Source: Candidatus Entotheonellaceae bacterium (GTDB lineage: Bacteria > Tectomicrobia > Entotheonellia > Entotheonellales > Entotheonellaceae). Taken from it: 64,000 nucleotides of DNA. Under the pieces are notes generated by a model, which was not told where the DNA came from, did not search any database, and was given only the letters and a program-made list of their open reading frames with translations. Below, in pieces: positions 10,614 to 19,685 of the stretch. Position 1 is the stretch's first letter. Each line of letters begins with the position of its first letter. A program made the translations under genes and the position numbers. Location of the stretch: positions 2,976,001 to 3,040,000 of the forward strand of contig OZ250173.1 of assembly GCA_965238075.1 (NCBI GenBank). Reading direction: 5' to 3'.

Positions 10614-11667
10614 GAGCATATCCGGTTCTAATTGTATTATTCTGGCATCCTGCCTATCCAAAGTCGTCTTTCCACCAGCATCTTCGGCAGGAGACCAACA
10701 GCCATGGCAGCTTACCTGTCCCAAGACCTCCGTGTCCGCGTCATCCGAGCCATCGAAGGCGGCATGTCACGTAACGCCGCCGCCAACCGATTCGGTATCA
10801 GTTGCGCCAGCGCCGTAAGGTGGATGCAGATCTACCTCCGGACGGGACGCACCCAGGCAAAACCCTGCGGCGGCGACCGCCGCTCCGGGCGTATCGAAGC
10901 GCATGCCGACTTTGTCATGGCCACTCTACAGGAGACACCCTCAATCACCCTGGCCGAACTCCGACAGCGCCTTTTCAGCGAGCGCGGCGAGCACTTCGCC
11001 ATCAGCACCGTCCACGAGTTCCTACGGCGCCGCCGCATCACGTTCAAAAAAAGACAGCGCACGCCCATGAACAGGACCGTGACGACATAGCCGCAAGGCG
11101 CCACGCCTGGGTGGCCATGCAGCCCCATCTTGATCCGGAGAAACTCGTTTTCATTGATGAGACCGGCGTCAACACGAAGATGGCCAGGCGGTGCGGACGC
11201 TCGCCGCGCGGCAAGCGCTGCCGAGCATCGGTGCCGCACGGCCATTGGAAGACCACCACGTTGGTGTGTGGGCTTCGCCTGGATGGTTTGACAGTGCCCA
11301 TGGTCATGGATGGTGCCATGGACGGCGCCGCCTTCAGCACCTATGCCGCCTCGTTTTTGGCTCCAAGTCTTGGTGCGGGCGACGTGGTGGTGCTTGATAA
11401 TCTTTCGGCGCACAAAGTCAGGGGTGTGCGGGAGGCGATTAGCAAGTCGGGCGCAACGCTGTTGTACCTGCCGCCGTACTCCCCGGATTTCAACCCGATC
11501 GAGCAAGCCTTTGCGAAGCTCAAGGCGTTGCTTCGCAAGGCAGCAGCCCGCACTGTTGACGCTCTGGAGTCGGCCATTGCTATGGCTTTGGAGGCGTTTT
11601 CTGCTGAGGAATGCGCCAACTATTTCACCCATACAGGATATAAACAGTATGATCCGAAAATGCTCTA
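10612..11667 (+). mobile_element. IS630-family element, apparently intact (element B)
   Basis: Ends TAGAGCATATCCGGTTC / GATCCGAAAATGCTCTA; shares TA at 10612-10613 with element A1. Confidence 0.92.
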
Positions 11668-11668
11668 G
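10704..11668 (+). CDS. IS630 transposase, orfA/orfB joined by -1 frameshift at A7 tract (11046-11052)
   Basis: orfA MAAYLSQDLRVRV...ITFKK; orfB KKTAHAHEQDR...FIDETG...LDNLSAHK...YSPDFNPIEQ; stop TAG uses the terminal TA. Confidence 0.9.
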
Positions 11669-11871
11669 GGATACGCCTCCGGCCAGAGATTTCCGGTGAG
11701 GAGAGTCTTTGGGGAGATCAGTCACCAAACAGACCCACCCACGTAGGGTACTTACAGCTTCATGCGAGATCGACTATGTCGATCCTCCCTGTAACTACGG
11801 GCTGTTGAAGCTGCCGGGTTTAAAGAGAAGCATTAATGGACGTAGCCCGTATGATTTAGGCACAGATTCTT

Positions 11872-12007
11872 AATATGAATCTCGAAGGGCACCTTGATCC
11901 GGTCGGCCAGGGCTTGCCGCTCCAGCCATTCCCAAAACTGAGGGACGCGATCATAGTGTGTAGTAGTCCTCGAGCGCGCGAATCAGGACGTTAGGGTCAG
12001 AGGAAAG
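11872..12007 (-). pseudogene. N-terminal fragment of a PIN-like DUF4411-type gene
   Basis: Manual translation SDPNVLIRALEDYYT/YDRVPQFWEWLERQALADRIKVPFEIH with one +1 frameshift; resembles the DUF4411 N-terminus (LDANVLI..YY..D.VP.FWEWL) as recalled. Confidence 0.6.
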
Positions 12008-15000
12008 TCAGAGTTCCTTGCGCGGCCAAGACTGGCCAGATGCGAGATCGGGGTGACGCGGTTCGTCCGTCGGCCTGCCGTGCTCAAGGCGCCATACCTC
12101 GATTTGTCCTAACAGCATGAAGGCGGATTTTCGACGCTTACGATCCTCAAGCGCCATCCTGAACAGACGGGCGCGCACGTCGTTTGAGGCTCGTGCGTGT
12201 AGCGTGTAGACGTTGGAAATTTGCTCGTAGGGTTGTCGCTCGACGAAAGCGCTTTGGAGTTGGTCCCAGACGCCTTGCGGAACCGGCGAGGGCTTAGCGT
12301 CATCGATTAGGTTCAGATAGGTGACTAGGGCTTCGTGCGTTCCAAAACTGCCCATGACTTTCGAGAGGACGTGCCGATTGATTTCCGGCAGGTCACGTTC
12401 GCACAATTCCCGCAGCCGCGCGGCCGTCTCCGGCCTGCGCTGGGCGAGTTCCGTGAGCCGCGCGACGAGCACGTCCTCGCGGTGAGGACGGCGGGTCGCC
12501 GCAATGCCGAGTATGTCCGGATCGACAAAACCCAGGAGCAGTTCGCGTGCGCGCGGCGTATCGAACGCAGCGATGGCGTTGATGAAATTGTCCTCGCATT
12601 GCTCGAACGTCTGCGCGTCGGAGGCGAGCTCGTACAGAAGGTCGATGGCGGCATCTGATCGGCTCTCGCCGAGAGCGGTGACGAGCTCGCGCAGGTCGTA
12701 TCCCCGGAGCCGCCGCTTCCCGAGCACGTTGCGCATTTTGGCGATCCCCGCCGAAGGGTCATCAACGAAGGGACAGAGCGCAAGGACGTGGAGCAGAAGG
12801 TATCTGTCTGAATCCTGCATCCACTCCCCTGTCCGCTCGAAGATGGAATCGACCAGCGCGAACGCGGTGGTCGCGGGCAATACGACACCCGCTATCAACA
12901 AGCGCTCAGCGGCGTCGAGACAGGTGTATTCGTCCCATCGGCCGGGCATGACAATTACGTCGAGCACCGCTGCCGCCGAACCGCGGCCGTCGATTGCGGC
13001 AAGCGCCTTTGCGAGCACTTTAGGGCTGGCGGTGGGTTTCCCGTCTTGGTTCTGGTCTCGCAGGCGCTTGATCTCGGCATTGAGGGCAGCGGCGAACCGC
13101 GCGCGCCGCTGGTCGTCGTCAGGCGGGGGAGTGCAGCCTTCGCGCGCGGCCCACATCAAGTCGTACCGGAACTTCCGAACGAAGGAATGCTCCGGCTTTG
13201 GCACGAAGTCGCGTGCCATCGCGGCTGCGGCGTCGGAGAAGTATTCCGGCTCGGCAAGCAGCTCAATGAGTACCTGCTCGGCGCCGACCGGATCGAGGTG
13301 CATGACGGCAACGATGTGCCATCCGGCGTAGCTCATGCTGCCGCCATTGCCGAGAGGTCCACGGTCGCCGGCCGCTCGCGCGGCGCGGCCTCGGCGCACC
13401 CTCTCGATGTCGGCGCGAATGAGCGTCACTAGGTCCGTCATGTCTTCGGGTTCTCCGACCTGTGCAATCGACGACGCTAAGTCGGCTTTTTCCTCGCCGT
13501 TGAAGTCATCCTGGCGGAGCACAAGCTTGACGCTGCTTTTCAGGTACGTGCGGAGGCGTGCCTTCAGGTCGTCGTCGCCGACGCGTAGTGGTTCCAGGTC
13601 GGACCTAGCGACCCTGCTAAGTAGGTCAGCTGCGACTTTGATGTCGAGGGGGTCGCCGACCTTGACGGACGAGAGGATGCCGTCCGCGACCTCGTCGTCG
13701 GGAAGACAACGAAACACAGCCTCCAGTTGCCTCATCGCTTGCCGCTCGAATTCGTGTTGCTGCCGGGGTTCCGCGTCCATCCTGCATCGCAGTTCGCGGA
13801 TCTTCTTAAACAACCTCGCCGCAAGCCCTGCATTTGCCCGCGTAGCGATCACCGCAATCATGCCCTCAATGCGCGAGTTCTTGAGGCCTTCTGTTTCGAG
13901 GCGATGCAGGTAGGTCTCGACGAGGTCATTAGGAATGACAGTCGCAAACGGTAACCATTGCGCATGCTCGTAGAGGACACCTTCGGCAATCTGGACTGCC
14001 ACCCACTCGCTGGTCCAGACCGGATCGGTTCTACGCAGATACTCAAGCGCCGGTCGGATGAAGTGCGAATCCAGGTTGCGCATATCGCCGCCGGACAACG
14101 CCGCCATCGCTTCCTTGACGACGCCCTCCAGGCCTGGCTCGCCGAGTTCGATCAGATGAAGCGCGGTTCGCAGGCGGGCCGGATGGTCAGTCGTACTCTC
14201 GATAAATCTCCACATCGCCGCGATGGTCTTGCGCCTAAGGGTCGGGGGCATATCGTCGGGGTTCTTGCGCACCACATCTTCGAAAGTCTGCCCATCCATC
14301 GAATCGAGGACACGGGTCAGCGCGTCGTCAGACCCGGTCCACATGAGACCGGAGACCGCCGCCTTCTTCACCGCGACGCTGTTGTCTTCCACAGCGAAGG
14401 AGGCAATCTCGCCATCGACACGATGATGAAGCAGTTCAGAGACGAAATCCGCTCGCGCCTCCTCGTTCCAGCCGCGCACCTGCTCGCGCCAGTTCGATCC
14501 GAGCGACGAGAGCTGGATGTCCGGCCAAAGCCGGTACGTGCGAAGCCGCGTTTGCCTGTCTTGTCCCGACAAGAGCGGCAGGATGATGTCGTGGAAGTCG
14601 TCCGCGCCACTTGCGAGCATGGCGGCGATGGCATACTGCCGATAGTTCCCGTCGGGGAGTGCGTGCGCGGCACGGAAGCGCTCGCCGACCGCCGCGCGGA
14701 CTTCATTCCAGACGGTCGGACCGCAAAGCTGCGCAAGCTCACCGGCGAATACCAGATCGACCATGAGCGCCATATCCACCAGCTTCTTGCCGGCGTGGAT
14801 GTTTCGCCTGTCGGTTCCTGCATTGCCGGTCTGTTCAGCAAGAGTCTCGGCAATCATGCATAGCGGCTCGGCCCACGCCGGATCATTCACATAGTCGGCA
14901 GTGAAACGGTCTATCGCGTCGCGGTCATCGTCGCGCAGGTCGAGAAGCCGAACGCGGACATCGAGCGCTGCGCAATACTCCTGAAGCTGCTGATGCTCGA

Positions 15001-16516
15001 ACTGAAACGCCGGTTCCGGATAGTCAACGCGCTCAAGAACGTGGTGCGCTGTGAGCGTCGCGAGGACCGCCGGCGCTCCCACCCGCTCGATCTGCCCACG
15101 GTCCACAAGCTCTCGTGCGACGGCGGTAACGACAGCGCGCGCATCAGCCTCGGACAGTGCCACCGCACCGCGGCGGGTCATCTCAGTCGCGAGAGCCTTC
15201 AGGTAGGCCATTTGCTGGCCGAAGATCGGTGCCGCTTCTAGCGAGTTTTTGTGTTCATCTCGTTGTTCGTGCAGACGTAGAACCTGGGCGAGGACGCCGA
15301 ATTTCGTAGAGGGAATTTCGGCGTCGGCTTCAAACAGCGAAACGACTTCCGACAGGATGAACGGCGTGCGAGTCAACCCATCAAGCGACGGGTCGGCTTC
15401 GATGCGGGTGCGGAGCTCGGCACCTTTCGCGCCAAGGCGGGCTGCGAGGTAGGCTTCCCGCTGTTCAGGTCGAAGGCGCAACAACCGCAGGCGCAATGCG
15501 CCGGGCAGCGGCGGGGTCAAGTGGTGCGTGCGGGTCGCGACGAGGATGCCCGCGCTCGGAAAGTCCCGTTCGAGTTCCCGGAGTGCATTGTTCGCCTGCG
15601 CGGAACTCGACTCAGCAATTTCATTCCAGCCGTTCAGCAACAACAGGAAAGGTTCCATCTGCTGCACCCGCGCGAGGTCGCCTGGGGTGAGACCCTCGGC
15701 TTGGAACGGTGGCATGCGGGCAATGAATTCGAGAATGCTTCGTTGCGACGTCGTCCACCGCGAAAGGTCGACGATGAACGGTATGCCGACCGTGCGCTCG
15801 CGTTGCGCGAGCTGTATCAGCGTCGTGGTCTTGCCGCGCCCGGCGGGTCCTTCGAGAACGATGCGGCCGCTCCGCGACAGCGCTTGGTCGATGCGGTCAA
15901 GCGACAGCATGTCGGCAGATTCCGCATCATTGGAGTCAAGCCGCACCGCTGTGAGATCGATGAGCGGATGTCCTTTTGTTTTCGCAGCCCAGGTCTGCGT
16001 GACAGCGTCGGCCGCACGCCTTGTATTGATGATGAGTTCTGCGATGTCTGGTTCGGCATCAATTTTGAGGTGGAGGAAGCTGGCGCAGAGCCAGGCGTTC
16101 TCCGGCCTCATCATCAGCGTGATGATTTCCTCCCGCTCGATGATGTGAAGTTCAAGGTCGTGGTCGTCCCGAATTGCATCTGCCCATTGTTTGCGTTTGG
16201 AGTTGCCCACTTTGGCGGGCGTCACGAAGAGAAGCGCCTTTAGGTCAGAAAAGTTTTTCTCGGCGCGCTTTACGTCGTCAGAAACTTTCTTCAGCGTTGG
16301 CGTGATCGAGGCGGCGAGTCCCTTGCCGACCTTCTGCGGCGTCTCGCTCGCTGGCGCGTAGGCATCAAGGCCGAGATCCTTCTTGCGCTGGCGCGCGATG
16401 AGTTCGGGCCAGCGCTGCTTGCCGAGCTCTAGCGCCAGTCCCTGAAAACGCATCCCCTCCTCATTAGAGATGAGCTCATTGAGGGCTCTTTCGATATCGG
16501 TTCTCAAAATGGCCAT
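12008..16516 (-). CDS. 1502-aa NACHT/STAND NTPase with N-terminal restriction-endonuclease-like domain and long helical C-terminus
   Basis: Walker A IVLEGPAGRGKTT, Walker B-like LLLLNGWNE, sensor-like LVATR, LTRTPFIL, winged-helix FQFEHQQLQEY; N-terminal FQGLA...KDLGLDA...LLFVT...W...LHIIEREEI. Confidence 0.85.
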   Translation of the reverse strand: MAILRTDIERALNELISNEEGMRFQGLALELGKQRWPELIARQRKKDLGLDAYAPASETPQKVGKGLAASITPTLKKVSDDVKRAEKNFSDLKALLFVTPAKVGNSKRKQWADAIRDDHDLELHIIEREEIITLMMRPENAWLCASFLHLKIDAEPDIAELIINTRRAADAVTQTWAAKTKGHPLIDLTAVRLDSNDAESADMLSLDRIDQALSRSGRIVLEGPAGRGKTTTLIQLAQRERTVGIPFIVDLSRWTTSQRSILEFIARMPPFQAEGLTPGDLARVQQMEPFLLLLNGWNEIAESSSAQANNALRELERDFPSAGILVATRTHHLTPPLPGALRLRLLRLRPEQREAYLAARLGAKGAELRTRIEADPSLDGLTRTPFILSEVVSLFEADAEIPSTKFGVLAQVLRLHEQRDEHKNSLEAAPIFGQQMAYLKALATEMTRRGAVALSEADARAVVTAVARELVDRGQIERVGAPAVLATLTAHHVLERVDYPEPAFQFEHQQLQEYCAALDVRVRLLDLRDDDRDAIDRFTADYVNDPAWAEPLCMIAETLAEQTGNAGTDRRNIHAGKKLVDMALMVDLVFAGELAQLCGPTVWNEVRAAVGERFRAAHALPDGNYRQYAIAAMLASGADDFHDIILPLLSGQDRQTRLRTYRLWPDIQLSSLGSNWREQVRGWNEEARADFVSELLHHRVDGEIASFAVEDNSVAVKKAAVSGLMWTGSDDALTRVLDSMDGQTFEDVVRKNPDDMPPTLRRKTIAAMWRFIESTTDHPARLRTALHLIELGEPGLEGVVKEAMAALSGGDMRNLDSHFIRPALEYLRRTDPVWTSEWVAVQIAEGVLYEHAQWLPFATVIPNDLVETYLHRLETEGLKNSRIEGMIAVIATRANAGLAARLFKKIRELRCRMDAEPRQQHEFERQAMRQLEAVFRCLPDDEVADGILSSVKVGDPLDIKVAADLLSRVARSDLEPLRVGDDDLKARLRTYLKSSVKLVLRQDDFNGEEKADLASSIAQVGEPEDMTDLVTLIRADIERVRRGRAARAAGDRGPLGNGGSMSYAGWHIVAVMHLDPVGAEQVLIELLAEPEYFSDAAAAMARDFVPKPEHSFVRKFRYDLMWAAREGCTPPPDDDQRRARFAAALNAEIKRLRDQNQDGKPTASPKVLAKALAAIDGRGSAAAVLDVIVMPGRWDEYTCLDAAERLLIAGVVLPATTAFALVDSIFERTGEWMQDSDRYLLLHVLALCPFVDDPSAGIAKMRNVLGKRRLRGYDLRELVTALGESRSDAAIDLLYELASDAQTFEQCEDNFINAIAAFDTPRARELLLGFVDPDILGIAATRRPHREDVLVARLTELAQRRPETAARLRELCERDLPEINRHVLSKVMGSFGTHEALVTYLNLIDDAKPSPVPQGVWDQLQSAFVERQPYEQISNVYTLHARASNDVRARLFRMALEDRKRRKSAFMLLGQIEVWRLEHGRPTDEPRHPDLASGQSWPRKEL

Positions 16517-16561
16517 ATGGATCCTGCGCTGGGCCTCTTCCTACCACCCGTCCGTCCCATA

Positions 16562-16852
16562 TCAATTACTCCGACTGTGCTCGTAGCGCTCGACCTCAAT
16601 CTCATCCTCCCGTGCTTGTGCCTGAGCAACATCGTAGGCTGCCTGCAGCCGCATCCACGTCTCCGTCGTAGAGCCGAAAGCTTTTGCCAGTCGGACCGCC
16701 ATGTCAGCCGAAATGCGGGCGCGGCAGTTGACTAGGTGCGAGAGCGCCTGGCGGCTGACGCCCAGGACTTTCGCGCCTTCCGTGACGCTGAGGCCGAGCG
16801 ACTCTAGGCAGGACACACGCACAACGTTGCCAGGGTGGGGCGGGTTCTTCAT
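16562..16852 (-). CDS. higA: HigA/VapI-family Xre HTH protein (orphan antitoxin-like regulator)
   Basis: MKNPPHPG...LSVTEGAKVLGVSRQALSHLVN...ISADMAVRLAKAFGSTTETWMRLQAAYD; no higB ORF seen upstream. Confidence 0.9.
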   Translation of the reverse strand: MKNPPHPGNVVRVSCLESLGLSVTEGAKVLGVSRQALSHLVNCRARISADMAVRLAKAFGSTTETWMRLQAAYDVAQAQAREDEIEVERYEHSRSN

Positions 16853-16886
16853 GGACACGTCAGTTCTCCCTACACACACTGGATAA

Positions 16887-16915
16887 AACGTAATGTGCCT
16901 ATAGTCACTTGTCAA
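16887..16915 (-). promoter_or_regulatory. sigma70-type promoter with palindromic operator in the spacer
   Basis: TTGACA-17 bp-TACGTT; spacer holds GTGACTATAGGCAC (16895-16908; 6 of 7 pairs palindromic). Confidence 0.7.
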
Positions 16916-17093
16916 TTTGACCTTGGTGTTACGGTCGTTCGGACCACCCGATAAGAATGACACCCAGCTGATCTCCCTGCACGAACCACCCACAGACCAA
17001 ACCCAACTGCCCACCTCTCCGACACTTTTGAACAGCCTCCGGCCGTCGATTCCGGAACGCTGAGGGAGGGGTGGCCGGCGGCAGCGGCGCTCT

Positions 17094-18073
17094 TAGAGTG
17101 TTTTCCATTCTAATTGACACCATAATAGAGGACCGACTGATATGGGGGCAGCACTGTCCGAGGACCTCCGCAAGCGCGTGGTATCAACCGTTGAGGCAGG
17201 CGCCTCACAACGTCAGGCTGCCCAGCGCTTCGGCGTCAGTTTGTCGAGTGCCAAGTATGGCGGCGACAATGGCGACAACACGGCCATGTCGCCGCCAAGC
17301 CGCAAGGCGGTGACCGACGCTCGCACCGCATCGAGGAACAGGCCGATTTCCTCCTGAAGCAAATCGAACAGACGCCCGATGTGACCTTGGCAGAACTTCA
17401 AGACCGACTGCGTAGGCACGGCCTGTTGGTCGGCATCGCCACAGTATCAGCTTCAAAAAAAACGCCGTACGCCGAAAAACACCACCGGCCTGACGTGGCC
17501 CGTCGTCGCCAGGCTTGGCTGGAGACCCAGTCAGCCCTTGACCCGGCACGGTTGCTGTTCATCGACGAGACGGGCGTGACGACGAAGATGGCGCGCCGCT
17601 ACGGTCGTGCCAGACGTGGCAAACTTTGCCATGCTTTGGTGCCTGGCCAATGGAAAACGACGACGCTGAGCGCTGCGCTTGGCCTGGATGGATTGCGGGC
17701 ACCGATGGTGCTTGACGCTCCCATGACCGGTGCCGCTGTCCTGGCTTACGTTGAGCAGATTGTGGTGCCGGAACTCAGAGCGGGTGACGTATTGGTGATG
17801 GACAATGTGTCGTCGCATCGGGTCAAGGGCGTTGCTGAAGTGATAGAAGCGGTTGGTGGCAAGTGTCTGTTTCTGCCACTCTACAGCCCTGATTTCAATC
17901 CGATAGAGCAGGTTTTCGCCAAGCTCAAAGCGTTGTTGCCTCAAGTGGCAGCCCGCACGGTCGAGGAGCTGTGGCAAGCCGTCGCCGATGTTCTGGATGC
18001 CTTTCGCTCTGAGGAATGTGCCAACTACTTCAGAAATGCAGGCTATGGACTATCCTGAACGGAAAACGCTCTA
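17094..18073 (+). mobile_element. IS630-family element, defective (copy A2, direct repeat of 9634-10613)
   Basis: Offset exactly 7460 bp; identical ORF translations; ends TAGAGTGTTTTCC / GGAAAACGCTCTA. Confidence 0.93.
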
Positions 18074-18096
18074 AATACCCTCACCACTACCTTTAC

Positions 18097-19158
18097 TCAA
18101 GCGTTACTACCCTTATTTCTGAGAAAACGCCAGCGGGCGCCTGGCCCTCGTCCGCTGCACGCCACGTCGCCGGATTTCCTTAACCCCGCCAGGAGGGTGC
18201 GAATCCATTCGCGGCCGACACCCGGGCAGGCGCGTTCTAAGTCGCTCAGGCGAAAGTCGCCCGGCTGGGCGCGAATGGCGGCGAGCACCCGCTCGGACTT
18301 GGCACCCCGCGGCGCCCTGATCTGACCGGCGCGTTCCTCCAACTCGATGTAGGCGCGGCGGATAATCGCAAGGATGAAGTTGAACCAGGGCGTCAGTTCG
18401 TGTTTGCCGTCGTGCCAGCGGTGGGAACTGAGACGGAGGCACTCGTAGTAGGCGTCTCGGGATTCCTCAATAAGGCGTTCCAAGCTGATATAACGGCCGA
18501 CCTCGTAACCGTGCTGGTAGAGCGTTAACAGGGTGAGCAGCCGGGACACACGCCCGTTACCGTCCCGGAAAGGGTGGATGCAAAGGAAATCCAGGACGAG
18601 GGCGGCGATTGCGATGAGCGGCGGGATATGCTCCTCGCTGAGGGCGTGCTGGTAATGCCAGCAAAGTTCTTCTACAGCCGCCGGCGTCTCAGAAGCCTTC
18701 ACGCAGCGGAATCGGACAACCGGCGCTTGTCCGGGCAGGAATTCTACGATGTCATTATCGACTCGTTTGAATTGGCCCGCGTCGCCGCTGGCGGACTGGC
18801 AGAGGGTATGTAGGCGTTGCAGGGTGTCCGGCGCAATGGAAAGCGCCGCGTAGTCGGTGTGAATCTCGTTCAAGGCGCGGCGATAGTCTTGAATCTCCAG
18901 CTCGGAGCGGTCACGGGGCTTCGCTTGGCCGAGCACCAGCGGGTAAAGGCGGGCCGGGGCGACCGTCACCCCCTCGATGCGGTTGGAGGATTCGGCGCTC
19001 TGAACGACGGACGTGTCGCGGAGCGCCTTGAGGGCCTGTGGCGATTGGCTGGTGAATAGCTCCTGTTTTCCCCTCGACTCGGCGATATCGTTGAGCAGCC
19101 ACACCGTGCTCAGGGGTACTTCATGGTCGCGTAGGCGACCGTTGTGAAAGGAGTTCAT
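18097..19158 (-). CDS. Fic family protein with C-terminal HTH-like domain
   Basis: HPFRDGNGRVSR Fic motif; SSNRIEG inhibitory-helix-like motif; start uncertain (19158 or 19197). Confidence 0.9.
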   Translation of the reverse strand: MNSFHNGRLRDHEVPLSTVWLLNDIAESRGKQELFTSQSPQALKALRDTSVVQSAESSNRIEGVTVAPARLYPLVLGQAKPRDRSELEIQDYRRALNEIHTDYAALSIAPDTLQRLHTLCQSASGDAGQFKRVDNDIVEFLPGQAPVVRFRCVKASETPAAVEELCWHYQHALSEEHIPPLIAIAALVLDFLCIHPFRDGNGRVSRLLTLLTLYQHGYEVGRYISLERLIEESRDAYYECLRLSSHRWHDGKHELTPWFNFILAIIRRAYIELEERAGQIRAPRGAKSERVLAAIRAQPGDFRLSDLERACPGVGREWIRTLLAGLRKSGDVACSGRGPGARWRFLRNKGSNA

Positions 19159-19286
19159 AATTTTCGGTCCGAATGGGATGACGGCACGTGAATGCACGCG
19201 GCTGGCGTAATTCGCTGCCAGCCCTGCACGATTTCGTTGTAACGTACGCGTGGTGACCTCGATTGGCGATTTGTACGTACCAGAGG

Positions 19287-19685
19287 CTACCAGCGTTTGA
19301 TGTCGTCGAACTGATCAAAGTCCTTGTCAAACCTTGCCACGTGGTCCCCGGATGCCGCGGCCAAGGCAGCCAGATAGCAGTCCAGAAAATCGCATTCTGT
19401 GGATGCGAAGCGCTTCAAAGCATCAAGCATTTCGTCTTGCTTCACACAGCGTATACCGGCGCTGACGATGACCTTGCGCAACCCTTCCGCAATCTGTTCG
19501 CGCCCGGTCTGGTAGAAAGAATCAAGCACCCACACCGCCTCGGCAACAGCCACTTCGGTCAATATCAGCACACATTTCCCGTCGCAGGCGTCGGAAAACA
19601 GCGCCCGAGCGCCCGGGGAGTGCTGAGCATCGTCGCTACGCAGAAAACGCAGCAGGACGTTGGTGTCCAAAAGATATCTGATCAT
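19287..19685 (-). CDS. vapC: PIN-domain (VapC-like) toxin
   Basis: YLLDTNVLLRFL, VAEAVWVL, DFLDCYLAA, FDKDF; ATGA coupling with upstream antitoxin. Confidence 0.88.
   Translation of the reverse strand: MIRYLLDTNVLLRFLRSDDAQHSPGARALFSDACDGKCVLILTEVAVAEAVWVLDSFYQTGREQIAEGLRKVIVSAGIRCVKQDEMLDALKRFASTECDFLDCYLAALAAASGDHVARFDKDFDQFDDIKRW

Noticed and set aside
16853-17093. higB toxin gene upstream of higA
   Set aside because: No RelE/HigB-like translation found; the space is occupied by a promoter and non-coding sequence.
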